The notes beneath the pieces are model-generated. The model was not told the DNA's origin and made no database searches. It was given only the letters and a program-made list of their open reading frames with translations. 64,000 nt of DNA from a virus. The stretch is from the IMG/VR virus record IMGVR_UViG_3300010354_000060, positions 1 to 64,000 of that record. The stretch is one strand, 5' to 3'. Shown here in pieces: positions 17,730 to 26,549 of the stretch. Within the stretch, counting starts at the first letter, position 1, and each line of letters begins with the position of its first letter. The position numbers were made by a program, and so were the translations under genes.

Positions 17730-19316
17730 TCAATCCGCACTTCTGATAATTACTTTCGCGACTCCATTGTTCCCACCTTGCTGAGTATATGAGACAGTAA
17801 CAGATCCATCTGTGTATCCAGATCCACCGCCACCTCCTCCACCACCGTTACCACCGTTACCACCACCAGCGCCACCACCACCGTTGCCACCGCCATTAAT
17901 TCCAGCACCTGCAGTATTACGAATACCATATCCAGCTTTGAATCCTCTTGAAATAGAAGCACTATTTGTAACTACGTTTCCATTAGCTCTATAAAGTTGA
18001 ACATTGCCCACATCTTGGCAAGGACTGTATCCTCTACCATACCAATATCCCTTGGGACAAGGTAGAACTCTTCCGCCATATGGATAATTCGCATAAGAGT
18101 CTCCAGAATATAATCCAGTTATTCCGTAAGCAAGAGATCCAAATACTCCATTAGATGGTAATGTTCCTGGGGCATATACTGGAGCACCATCTCCAGCACC
18201 TCTACCAGACCCAGCCTGACCAGGAACATTGATTCCACCACCACTACCACCATTTCCACCATTTCCAGCAGAACCGCCACCAGCTACACAAGCAATTAGT
18301 CTTGATTTTCTATACACAAATACTGCACCAGTTCCAGTTGATTGTGGTAATGATGTAATCACATATTCTTCATTTTGTCTCATTGTGAATCTAATTATAG
18401 AAACACCACCTTCACCGCCACGATATCCTCCATTATCAGATCCTTTTTGTGCATATATTTCCATAATCACATTAATATCTTTCTCTGGAGCATAGAAACT
18501 TGCCAGTCTTCCTGGTTGATCTCCTGCTGCAAGAGTGTAACTGTTATTAAACAAGTTTACTGACCCAAGATCTCCACCACCAGAACCAGTTTCACTTGCA
18601 TATTCATAGTTAACAATTTGCCTCGCATTTACAACCGTAAATGTGGCATTATCGGAATAGACTGGGGAATTGCAAGCTGTTGGATGAGTTAGTTTTGCTC
18701 TAACATTATATGTTCCAACATCAGATGAAGATATTGCCAGTGATGAGGTTCTTGATCCAGAGACGTTTCCACCATCACTCAAATCTGATCCATTTAGTTG
18801 CCATTGATAAATTACATCTGATGGTGTTGCGCCAACTGTAAAGTATGCAGTCCTTGTCTGTGCAGCCGTCGCAGAAGCTGGTTGTCCGACAATAATGATT
18901 GATGGATAAACTGTAAGAATTACAGTATCTGTGGTTAGTGGTTCATTGATTGCATTTGCAGTTGCTCCAACATTATATGCTGATGGAACATAATCAATTA
19001 ACGCATAGAACTGCCTATCATTATCATTAGCATTTGTCAGGTTACTTAGTGTAAGTGTGGAAGTGGAAGATCCAGATACATTTGCACCATCTGTTAATGC
19101 ACCTTTACCGACCTCATACCAGCGATAACTGATTGTACCATTATTAATAGCTGGGTTTGCTGGATCTTGTGTTGGAAATGTTGCAGTTGCAGATGTAGTA
19201 AAGGTAGCAGTCCCATTATCACAAGCACCGTAATTATTTGGTTGCTGTGTGATTGATAAAATGGGACCGTTAAGTTCTACTTTTGTGGGTATGTTTCTGA
19301 AGAAAGAATTTTCCAT
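17730..19316 (-). CDS. Ig-domain plus glycine-rich putative adhesin
   Basis: Two Ig-like repeats (I..QP...ATF...Y.W...G..L.DG.NVSG..T..L.I) then a Gly-rich domain; starts 1 nt after the stop of 19318..25137. Confidence 0.75.
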   Translation of the reverse strand: MENSFFRNIPTKVELNGPILSITQQPNNYGACDNGTATFTTSATATFPTQDPANPAINNGTISYRWYEVGKGALTDGANVSGSSTSTLTLSNLTNANDNDRQFYALIDYVPSAYNVGATANAINEPLTTDTVILTVYPSIIIVGQPASATAAQTRTAYFTVGATPSDVIYQWQLNGSDLSDGGNVSGSRTSSLAISSSDVGTYNVRAKLTHPTACNSPVYSDNATFTVVNARQIVNYEYASETGSGGGDLGSVNLFNNSYTLAAGDQPGRLASFYAPEKDINVIMEIYAQKGSDNGGYRGGEGGVSIIRFTMRQNEEYVITSLPQSTGTGAVFVYRKSRLIACVAGGGSAGNGGNGGSGGGINVPGQAGSGRGAGDGAPVYAPGTLPSNGVFGSLAYGITGLYSGDSYANYPYGGRVLPCPKGYWYGRGYSPCQDVGNVQLYRANGNVVTNSASISRGFKAGYGIRNTAGAGINGGGNGGGGAGGGNGGNGGGGGGGGSGYTDGSVTVSYTQQGGNNGVAKVIIRSAD

Positions 19317-19317
19317 A

Positions 19318-22300
19318 TCATCCGAAGTTTTGACCGCCGACTACGCCGTATAGTGTTGCACCATTATCAAATGTTTTGAATGAATACATATCAGTTCTAT
19401 TTGGAATTGTTGTTACCTGAGGAACAACACCACCACCAGGCCAATAAACAGGAATTGTTGATCCTCCAGATGTTCTGAATGTATCAATTCCAACTCCATA
19501 TCCAGTGCTATTTTGAGTAATCTTAAGAGTAAATGATGTGGATCCTGAAGGTGGATTAATCAATATAAACTGATTGATAGCACTCGTAACGTCAAGAGTG
19601 AATGTTTGTGCCTTTGTGAGGTCAATGGTGACAACATTGGATGAAATTGTGAGAGGTTCTACATTTTCCGAATATGTTTTCAGTCTTGTATGCCCTTCAA
19701 TATCAAGTTTTGCTCTTGGTGATAAGGTTCCAATACCGACAGAAGTTGAAGTTGTGCGAATAACCGTAGCACCTGCACCAACAGAAAGAAGAGATGATGT
19801 AATAATACCAGCAGTTACTCTTCCAGATGCTGATTGTAAATCAAAGTTTGATGCTGTGATAATTCCGATTACATTTACAAGATTTGCGTCAACTCTATTT
19901 GCAAATTGAGCGATGTTTCTAACATAAAGATCAATATTTCCAGTGCCTGTTACACCAAGATCAAGATTATATTGTGGTTGTGAATTGCCAATACCAACAC
20001 TATTCAATGCGGTATTGTAAATTCCACCAGCAACGTTAGTCCATCCAGTTGAAGAGGCATTCAGATTTGTTAAGTTGCTACCATCTCCATAGAAGTATGA
20101 TGCAGTAACTGCTCCTGATACATTGGTATTGCCAGATACAAATAACTTATATCCATTATTAGTAGTTGTTCCAATGCCAACTCCATTAGAATCTACATTA
20201 AGAACATTGCTGATTCTTAAGAAGCTACTATTTGGACTTGTTGTTCCAATACCAATCTGATCAAACAGATTAATGTTAGCATCCTTAGATAGGCTGACAT
20301 TTCCTACACGATACCAACCATTTTCTACTGTGTATACCCAACCAAGATATGCACCTTTCTTTGGATTTTCATAATAAACTACATCACCTGGGTTTCCTGC
20401 AAGAGTTGGAGTTCCAACACCAACAGTATATTTTCTTGAAATTGTTGCATCACCTTGAAGGTAAAGCGAATTTGATTCAAATCCCTTAGATGAAGTTGAT
20501 GTTACTTTATTGTTGAAAACAACAGGACCATTAAATTCAGATGCTACCTTACCAGTATCTCCACCATCAACTTTAATTAATCTTGAAACATATGACTCAA
20601 GGGACTGTATGACATTAACTGAAGATGAATTGCCAATATCTTCTCCAGTAATAGTTTGAACTGGGGTATCAAAAATTTCTTCATTTCCAGTGATTGTACT
20701 CAGTCTCTTATTTCCACTATATGAAATGCCCTTATCATTCATTCCAGTGTAGAAATTAATTCCACCAGATTTTCTTGTAGACTGTGAAAGAAGTTCTTCT
20801 TCTGGAGTAATCAGACGATCTTGTTTGTCTGGGAAACCAGTTGAATAGTTACCTGGTCCAAATCCAAGATATTCAAATGTGTGTGCCGAAGCACGAATAA
20901 TTGAATGTCTTCTTAATTCAACTGGTCTAACACTTACTTTCCTTACTACAGAGTTAATATCATGGAAGGATGCCTTTGTTCCTGCAACACCACGGAAAAC
21001 ATAAATTGGATTTGCTGCTGGATTTGTTACTGTTGTTTTTACTCTAACAATCTCATCATCAATTTGTAGATAATCGCCAATATTAATGTCAAGATTTTGA
21101 ATGTTTAGAACATTAACTTCATCAGTTGTTGTGTTTGAAACAATTGCAGAGAGAGTAGTAGTAATTCCTGCATAGGTGGTTACCATTCTTCCACCAACAT
21201 TTTCATTGTCGTTGGTGATTGAACCATTTTGTGATGTTACACCTTCACGATAAGCATAGAGAGTTCCTGTTGCTGCTGGTGCTGTGGTTCCAACGCCAAC
21301 ATTTAATGTGAAGGTTGTTACGTCTCTATTTTCATCAACTATAAAACTATTATTGTAAATGCTTTGATTTGCACCAACAATTCTAATCTTATTGTCAACT
21401 CTAAATCCATGACTACCTACAGTTGTAACTGTTGCAATTCCAGTTACGTTATTGTAGTTGAATGATGCAATTCTAACTGATTTGCCAGTTAGATACGTTA
21501 CTGCGCCTAAAGTAGCCGTGTATCCAATACCGATTGATTGTCCAGTAGTGATTGAACTTGCCGAAGAAACAACGAAACTATTGGCAGCACCAACTTGAAC
21601 ATCAGTAATTCTATACAGAGTATTGAACGGTTTTAATGTTTCCGAAGTAATTCCAGTAATGCTAACTACTTCATCAACACTATTGTATATTTGAGATACT
21701 GTAACTACTGCTTGAGAATATCCAGAAGTAGTTGCAACCCCAACCACTGCAAGATTGTTACCAATCCCATAAGAACTACCACCATCAAGAATTTTAACTG
21801 ATGTGATGTTTCCAGAAGCATTGACAGTTAATTTTGCTGTCGCATGTTTACCAGTTACTGATGCTCCAATGGCAACTAAACGTGCATTATAGATATCACC
21901 AGCAGCACCACTTCCGTATCCAGCACCACTATTTGCAATACTTACATTAACAATTCTATTAAATCCGTGGTCAATATTTGTATGGATAATATGTGAAGAT
22001 GAAGATGTAGATTGAATATCAGTAATACCGACTCCAACATCAATATCATTCAGCAGTTTTGTAGTGGTTTCTTTTGTAATACTCTTGCGGACATCATTAA
22101 CAGATACTTGACCAATTAATGATGAAGATGCAAATGATCTTGCTTCTTCTGGATCAGATTCTGGATTATCTCTATTGAGTTGTGGATACAGTTCCTTAAT
22201 TGGTTGAGAATATTTTTCTTCAGTGAATGGTGCAACAGTTGGAGAGTTTGATGCATTTAATACTGTTAAGTAATAGATACCATCTTGTTGACCTGTTACA

Positions 22301-25137
22301 TATCTCTGAACTTCTTGAGTTCTAAAGACATAATAGATATCTTTAAATTTCTTTCTCTTGAAGTATGGTAGATCAATATTTCTTGCACTGGTATCATTTG
22401 TAAAAGTTCCTGGATCAGTCCCTATACCAACAGTAAATTGTTTGGCACTACTAATTCCAACGACTGAGTAACTTCCATTATAACCAGAATTTGGAACTCC
22501 ACTTGTGTTTGAAGTACTTCTAATATTGATAAGTTCTACTTCAGATCCTACAGAAAGATTATGTGGTAGTTCTGTTGAAATTTTTGCAAAATTTGAATTC
22601 CACTCAGCACCAGAAATGAACCTAAAGTTTCTCTGTTGATTTACGTGATTGAGTGATCCACTTCCAAAATAAGTGAGAATCTCTGAAGAAGTTGATCCAA
22701 TAGAAGTATTTGATTCCTGGATAATATATCCCTCAGTTGGTGGTCTTCCATATGAACCACCAGTTGATGCTGGAATTACATATCTAAACCTATAGATCTT
22801 ATCTGAAGCACTTCTATTGTCAGATCTTCTTGTAATAAACGTTCTTGGAGTAGCTTCACCAAGATTTGAAGTTCCAAGAGAAGTAATTGCAGAATAAATT
22901 GTATTCTCAGTTGCTGTGGTGGAAACCTTTACATACCATTGAGAGTTTGTTTCATCATATTGAATTGGGTGACCAATATCGCCAGAATTTTTATCTGAAA
23001 CTCTTGAAACAACTTTTAATACTCCACCTTTGCTATTGATTGAAATTGCATTTGCAGTAAATGCATCATTTTCAGTCTTTGCAAGTTTAATTTGGGTTGT
23101 TGTTGTAAGTCCACTATTTCCATTGTCACTTGTAATGACATAATAAACAGTATTTGTTTCTAAACCATCTGGAATTTGACCACTATCACTATAAACACGA
23201 ACAGACTCTGCATTAATAAAAGTATGTGACTGAGTTAATGTGAGCGTATTGCTTGTGATGCTGTTAATGCCAGCAGATCTCCCAACAGTAAATGATTTTT
23301 CTGAGGAAGATTGTGATCCTGGCATCACAATTCTTGATTTGTATTCAGTTACGGTTCCACCAACAGAAAGAAGAACTTTTAACTCATCATTTTCCTTTGC
23401 ACCAAAACGATATCCTTCCAAAACGTTTTCTGGTGGAATATCTGAATTTGAAGCATTATAAATGTATAGATTTCCAGTAGAAGCAATTCCAACTGTTTTT
23501 GTGACATCAAGAGAAGTGAACTCAATAGATCCATCAAGAGTTGTGATTTGTTTTGGTGGAATTATATGAGTAATGTATCCAACATCGTCTTGTGGGAAAG
23601 CATTAGTTTTAAATCCATCTGCAACAAGTGCTTTGGCGCCAAAATTGGAGTTGGAGTTATTGATTGATTGATCTCCACCACTTGCGGTAGAGAAGTGTTC
23701 TGCATATCCAATCGCAAACACCGATACGTTTTGAACGTAAGCGTCATTAATTGTCTTAATGTGGAAGCTACGATATGATGGTTTGTATATTGCTCTTGAA
23801 TTTGTGCTGAGAGTTTCATTCCCAGGAACAGTATTATCCTGATATGTGCCACTATCGCGATCATAAACTACAAAAGCGTTATCATCTTTTTGCAGTCCAA
23901 TACCCGTAAATTGGGCAATAACCATTGACTTGAATCCACTTGCCTTGGATCCATCTGCTAAAGCACCACACAAACCAAATACTGATCTCAATGAAATATT
24001 GAAGATGTATGGAGAAGCAGAACTAACTGTATCAGATCCAAGAGTTAAGGTTGCACCAGTTACTGAAGGTAGAGCAACTGATGGTGAATTTTGTACTTGA
24101 TATACAATTTGAGTATCACTGATCTTTTGAGATACTGTATATTGCCCATTATATCCCGAAGCAGGAATACCTGAAATTCTGAATGCAGTATCTACATCAA
24201 GACCAGGAACAGGAATCGTTGTTGTAACAGTAATTTGATTTGTTGATACTACACCATTTCCTGCTTTGATGCTGCTAATTCCTACAACATCACCAGGGGA
24301 ACCAACAATTCTAAATTCATCAATTTTTGGTTGAATATCTAAGTTTGGATCTGGGTAATCTGGTTCAATTGGTCTACCAGAAGATTGTCCATATGCAAGA
24401 CCAACCTTCTCATAATACATTTCAAGGTCAGTTCTATCAGTAGTATACTGTAAGAAAGGATCAGAAATTTTTACTTCATTAACACCGTCAGCATATTCAA
24501 AGCACGTTAATTTGCTGTGAGAGAAATTGGGAACGAACTGATTGGAAGTATAATCAATATACGATTTGCCGTTTGGATCAGCATCAAATAAAGAAAACTG
24601 CCAGAAGTAGCAACCACCAGTTACACGGAAAATCGCAGATCTTGGAATATTATCGTTTGTAGGATCTGGAACATAACTTGGACGAATCTTTGTTTTTCTT
24701 AGATCAAGTCCAACAATTGAAGTTCCACGAGGAACAATGACACCACCGTGAATACTATTAAACTTATGCAAAGCATTATCACTTGTGCTTAAGTCAAAAT
24801 TAGTTGTAAGGTCAAATGGTGCAAAGTCTGTTGAAGTAGCACCACTTCTTAATCTGAACGATCCAGATCCATCAGGAATCCAACCTGGACGGTTATCTAC
24901 TAAGTGATCACCAGGATAAAGTAGAACTGTGGTTTTATTGAATCTATCGTTGTTTAAACCTTTTTGATATGAAAATCTTGATGCCTCAATCAGTGCCCTT
25001 TGAATAGTCTTAAAGGGACGAGTTAGTGAGTTTCCTTGGTTTTCAATGCTATCTGTAGCATCTAAGTCATTGGGGTTAACGTAGAGGATTGTTCCCCTTG
25101 CTGACTTCAAAAAATTATCTAATCTGGAGAGACCCAT
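19318..25137 (-). CDS. large virion structural / long tail fibre protein
   Basis: 1939 aa, MGLSRLDNFLK..GTILYVNP.DLDATDSI.NQGNSLTRPFKTIQRAL cyanomyovirus family; late promoter at 25175-25169. Confidence 0.85.
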   Translation of the reverse strand: MGLSRLDNFLKSARGTILYVNPNDLDATDSIENQGNSLTRPFKTIQRALIEASRFSYQKGLNNDRFNKTTVLLYPGDHLVDNRPGWIPDGSGSFRLRSGATSTDFAPFDLTTNFDLSTSDNALHKFNSIHGGVIVPRGTSIVGLDLRKTKIRPSYVPDPTNDNIPRSAIFRVTGGCYFWQFSLFDADPNGKSYIDYTSNQFVPNFSHSKLTCFEYADGVNEVKISDPFLQYTTDRTDLEMYYEKVGLAYGQSSGRPIEPDYPDPNLDIQPKIDEFRIVGSPGDVVGISSIKAGNGVVSTNQITVTTTIPVPGLDVDTAFRISGIPASGYNGQYTVSQKISDTQIVYQVQNSPSVALPSVTGATLTLGSDTVSSASPYIFNISLRSVFGLCGALADGSKASGFKSMVIAQFTGIGLQKDDNAFVVYDRDSGTYQDNTVPGNETLSTNSRAIYKPSYRSFHIKTINDAYVQNVSVFAIGYAEHFSTASGGDQSINNSNSNFGAKALVADGFKTNAFPQDDVGYITHIIPPKQITTLDGSIEFTSLDVTKTVGIASTGNLYIYNASNSDIPPENVLEGYRFGAKENDELKVLLSVGGTVTEYKSRIVMPGSQSSSEKSFTVGRSAGINSITSNTLTLTQSHTFINAESVRVYSDSGQIPDGLETNTVYYVITSDNGNSGLTTTTQIKLAKTENDAFTANAISINSKGGVLKVVSRVSDKNSGDIGHPIQYDETNSQWYVKVSTTATENTIYSAITSLGTSNLGEATPRTFITRRSDNRSASDKIYRFRYVIPASTGGSYGRPPTEGYIIQESNTSIGSTSSEILTYFGSGSLNHVNQQRNFRFISGAEWNSNFAKISTELPHNLSVGSEVELINIRSTSNTSGVPNSGYNGSYSVVGISSAKQFTVGIGTDPGTFTNDTSARNIDLPYFKRKKFKDIYYVFRTQEVQRYVTGQQDGIYYLTVLNASNSPTVAPFTEEKYSQPIKELYPQLNRDNPESDPEEARSFASSSLIGQVSVNDVRKSITKETTTKLLNDIDVGVGITDIQSTSSSSHIIHTNIDHGFNRIVNVSIANSGAGYGSGAAGDIYNARLVAIGASVTGKHATAKLTVNASGNITSVKILDGGSSYGIGNNLAVVGVATTSGYSQAVVTVSQIYNSVDEVVSITGITSETLKPFNTLYRITDVQVGAANSFVVSSASSITTGQSIGIGYTATLGAVTYLTGKSVRIASFNYNNVTGIATVTTVGSHGFRVDNKIRIVGANQSIYNNSFIVDENRDVTTFTLNVGVGTTAPAATGTLYAYREGVTSQNGSITNDNENVGGRMVTTYAGITTTLSAIVSNTTTDEVNVLNIQNLDINIGDYLQIDDEIVRVKTTVTNPAANPIYVFRGVAGTKASFHDINSVVRKVSVRPVELRRHSIIRASAHTFEYLGFGPGNYSTGFPDKQDRLITPEEELLSQSTRKSGGINFYTGMNDKGISYSGNKRLSTITGNEEIFDTPVQTITGEDIGNSSSVNVIQSLESYVSRLIKVDGGDTGKVASEFNGPVVFNNKVTSTSSKGFESNSLYLQGDATISRKYTVGVGTPTLAGNPGDVVYYENPKKGAYLGWVYTVENGWYRVGNVSLSKDANINLFDQIGIGTTSPNSSFLRISNVLNVDSNGVGIGTTTNNGYKLFVSGNTNVSGAVTASYFYGDGSNLTNLNASSTGWTNVAGGIYNTALNSVGIGNSQPQYNLDLGVTGTGNIDLYVRNIAQFANRVDANLVNVIGIITASNFDLQSASGRVTAGIITSSLLSVGAGATVIRTTSTSVGIGTLSPRAKLDIEGHTRLKTYSENVEPLTISSNVVTIDLTKAQTFTLDVTSAINQFILINPPSGSTSFTLKITQNSTGYGVGIDTFRTSGGSTIPVYWPGGGVVPQVTTIPNRTDMYSFKTFDNGATLYGVVGGQNFG

Positions 25138-25180
25138 CTTATTAGTTCTTATAGTTTCCGTTATGGATTATTTATCATAC

Positions 25181-25203
25181 AACAAAACCTCCCGAAGGAG
25201 GTT
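25181..25203 (-). terminator. intrinsic terminator with UUCG tetraloop
   Basis: AACCTCC-TTCG-GGAGGTT followed by TTGTT. Confidence 0.85.
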
Positions 25204-25239
25204 CTGAAGCACACGGAAGGGGTCTTGGTTAGTATCGCC
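25181..25239 (-). ncRNA. candidate ~60-nt small RNA
   Basis: Lies between a near-perfect sigma70 promoter and a terminator; contains no AUG and no plausible ORF. Confidence 0.6.
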
Positions 25240-25245
25240 AAATAT

Positions 25246-25274
25246 AGTATACTTTACTTTTTAATTTTTGTCAA
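25246..25274 (-). promoter_or_regulatory. sigma70 (early) promoter
   Basis: TTGACA-N17-TATACT. Confidence 0.8.
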
Positions 25275-25425
25275 GTATATATTCAACTGTGGTTGCAACG
25301 TCATTCATAGCATCTCTAAGGTTTGGACGTTGACCAGATTCCATTTTGACAATTGGGCGATGGTCGTCAACAAGAGTCCAACGCCATTGTTCCATACTAT
25401 TACAATACCAAAGATTAATTTTCAT
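25261..25425 (-). CDS. small hypothetical protein (54 aa, not in ORF track)
   Basis: MKINLWYCNSMEQWRWTLVDDHRPIVKMESGQRPNLRDAMNDVATTVEYILDKN. Confidence 0.75.
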   Translation of the reverse strand: MKINLWYCNSMEQWRWTLVDDHRPIVKMESGQRPNLRDAMNDVATTVEYILDKN

Positions 25426-25570
25426 ATTTAGTATTCTCTAATTTAATCCAATTAATAAGAGCATTGACTTCCATTCGTTTTTCTTCAGTAAAATCAAATT
25501 GTTTATTGAAGAGATAAAAATCTAATGCCTCAATAGCAAGGTCTCTATCTTTTTGTGATATCAGAGACAT
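25415..25570 (-). CDS. small hypothetical protein (51 aa)
   Basis: Start MSLISQKDR with AGGAGG Shine-Dalgarno just after tRNA-Leu; the longer track version runs through the tRNA. Confidence 0.75.
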   Translation of the reverse strand: MSLISQKDRDLAIEALDFYLFNKQFDFTEEKRMEVNALINWIKLENTKYEN

Positions 25571-25584
25571 AATACCTCCTAAAG

Positions 25585-25666
25585 TGCCCAAAAGAGGACT
25601 TGAACCTCCACGAATAAATCCACTGGAACCTAAACCCAGCGCGTCTACCAATTCCGCCATTTGGGC
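25585..25666 (-). tRNA. tRNA-Leu (TAG)
   Basis: GCCCAAA acceptor, GGCGGAATTGGTAGACGC D-arm, loop TTTAGGT, long variable arm, GGTTCAAGTCC; CCA not encoded. Confidence 0.95.
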
Positions 25667-25670
25667 GAAG

Positions 25671-25742
25671 AGCCCCCGATCTGATTCGAACAGACGACCA
25701 ATGGTTTACAAAACCATTGCTCTACCACTGAGCTACAAGGGC
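25671..25742 (-). tRNA. tRNA-Thr (TGT)
   Basis: GCCCTTG acceptor, GCTCAGTGGTAGAGC D-arm, ATGGT-TTTGTAA-ACCAT, GTTCGAATC. Confidence 0.95.
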
Positions 25743-25743
25743 A

Positions 25744-26019
25744 TTAATCGCAAGGTAAGCAATCTGGATTTTCCAGATCAACTTCAAAGAAACAAGGATG
25801 ACACTCTTCCATTATAAGGTATCCAGATGATTTATACAACCTTTGAGGATCGTAACGAAGATTATTATTTGCTTCGTCAATTAAATCTGGATCTTCCTGT
25901 GCAATAGAAGGAAGTTCATCAAATGTGAAAGGAACGTCATTCATGAAAAACATTTTGACAATTGCCCATTCACCTTCAAAATCATACCAGCAATATCTGT
26001 GAGTGATTTTGTGTTTCAT
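25744..26019 (-). CDS. conserved cyanophage hypothetical protein
   Basis: 91 aa, VKMFF.N.VPFTFDE...YL..E.CHP..F. Confidence 0.75.
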   Translation of the reverse strand: MKHKITHRYCWYDFEGEWAIVKMFFMNDVPFTFDELPSIAQEDPDLIDEANNNLRYDPQRLYKSSGYLIMEECHPCFFEVDLENPDCLPCD

Positions 26020-26025
26020 TTGTTT

Positions 26026-26053
26026 CTCCCCACATACAATATTTATGTGGGAA
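26026..26053 (-). promoter_or_regulatory. late promoter inside a hairpin that covers the Shine-Dalgarno
   Basis: TTCCCACATA-AATATTG-TATGTGGGGA; ATAAATA at 26046-26040; GGGGAG at 26031-26026. Confidence 0.6.
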
Positions 26054-26126
26054 TAGGGATGGTGGGATTCGAACCCACCCTGGACAGATTTTAAGTCTGC
26101 TGCCTCTTCCGCTGGGCTACATCCCC
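26054..26126 (-). tRNA. tRNA-Leu (TAA), short variable loop
   Basis: GGGGATG/CATCCCT acceptor, GCAGA-CTTAAAA-TCTGT, 5-nt variable loop, GTGGG-TTCGAAT-CCCAC, discriminator A. Confidence 0.9.
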
Positions 26127-26132
26127 AAGGAA

Positions 26133-26339
26133 TTAACCTTTATAGGTTACTGGATGATACTTCAGATATTCAAAGAATGTCAACTTCATTTCTTTTTGTG
26201 ACATTCCACAGTGTTTTGCTGCGGCAGGCAAATTCATTTTTGAGTAAAATAATCCCTCGTTTGCTTCCTTCACGTTTTGTGGCGTTGTTTTCACTGGTTC
26301 TTCTCTCAGGGTCTTGTGACTAATGTGATAAAGATTCAT
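26133..26339 (-). CDS. small hypothetical protein, possible helix-turn-helix
   Basis: MNLPAAAKHCGMSQKEMK resembles an HTH recognition segment. Confidence 0.65.
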   Translation of the reverse strand: MNLYHISHKTLREEPVKTTPQNVKEANEGLFYSKMNLPAAAKHCGMSQKEMKLTFFEYLKYHPVTYKG

Positions 26340-26340
26340 G

Positions 26341-26395
26341 AAAAAGTAATAGAAGTAAAATTTTACTGGATTTTTTTTCGGACCAAAATGGAATT
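26341..26395 (-). promoter_or_regulatory. 55-bp A/T-tract leader element, copy 1
   Basis: Ungapped similarity to 48832..48886; abuts a start codon. Confidence 0.55.
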
Positions 26396-26412
26396 TAATT
26401 CCGATTTTGGTA

Positions 26413-26483
26413 AGCGGGTGACGAGGATCGAACTCGTGATTCCAACTTGGAAGGATGGCGTGTTACCGCTACACTACACCCGC
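26413..26483 (-). tRNA. tRNA-Gly (TCC)
   Basis: GCGGGTG/CACCCGC acceptor, loop CTTCCAA, GTTCGATCC, discriminator T. Confidence 0.95.
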
Positions 26484-26492
26484 AATAAAGAC

Positions 26493-26521
26493 ATAGTAGC
26501 ACAAAAGCATTACCATGTCAA
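26493..26521 (-). promoter_or_regulatory. sigma70 promoter for the tRNA cluster
   Basis: TTGACA-N17-TACTAT about 10 bp before tRNA-Gly. Confidence 0.8.
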
Positions 26522-26549
26522 GTACGCAATAACCAAATGAACTTACAAA

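Noticed and set aside
5622-19316. Diversity-generating retroelement or invertible shufflon behind fibre variation
   Set aside because: No reverse transcriptase or site-specific recombinase in the window; repeats are direct, in-frame and N-terminal, and differences are not adenine-specific
25225-25431. Plus-strand 68-aa ORF over the sRNA promoter
   Set aside because: Antisense to a better 54-aa minus-strand gene and has no ribosome-binding site
25415-25817. ORFs 25415..25660 (long form), 25584..25817 and 26277..26540
   Set aside because: They run through tRNA genes; the credible CDS starts at 25570 with its own Shine-Dalgarno
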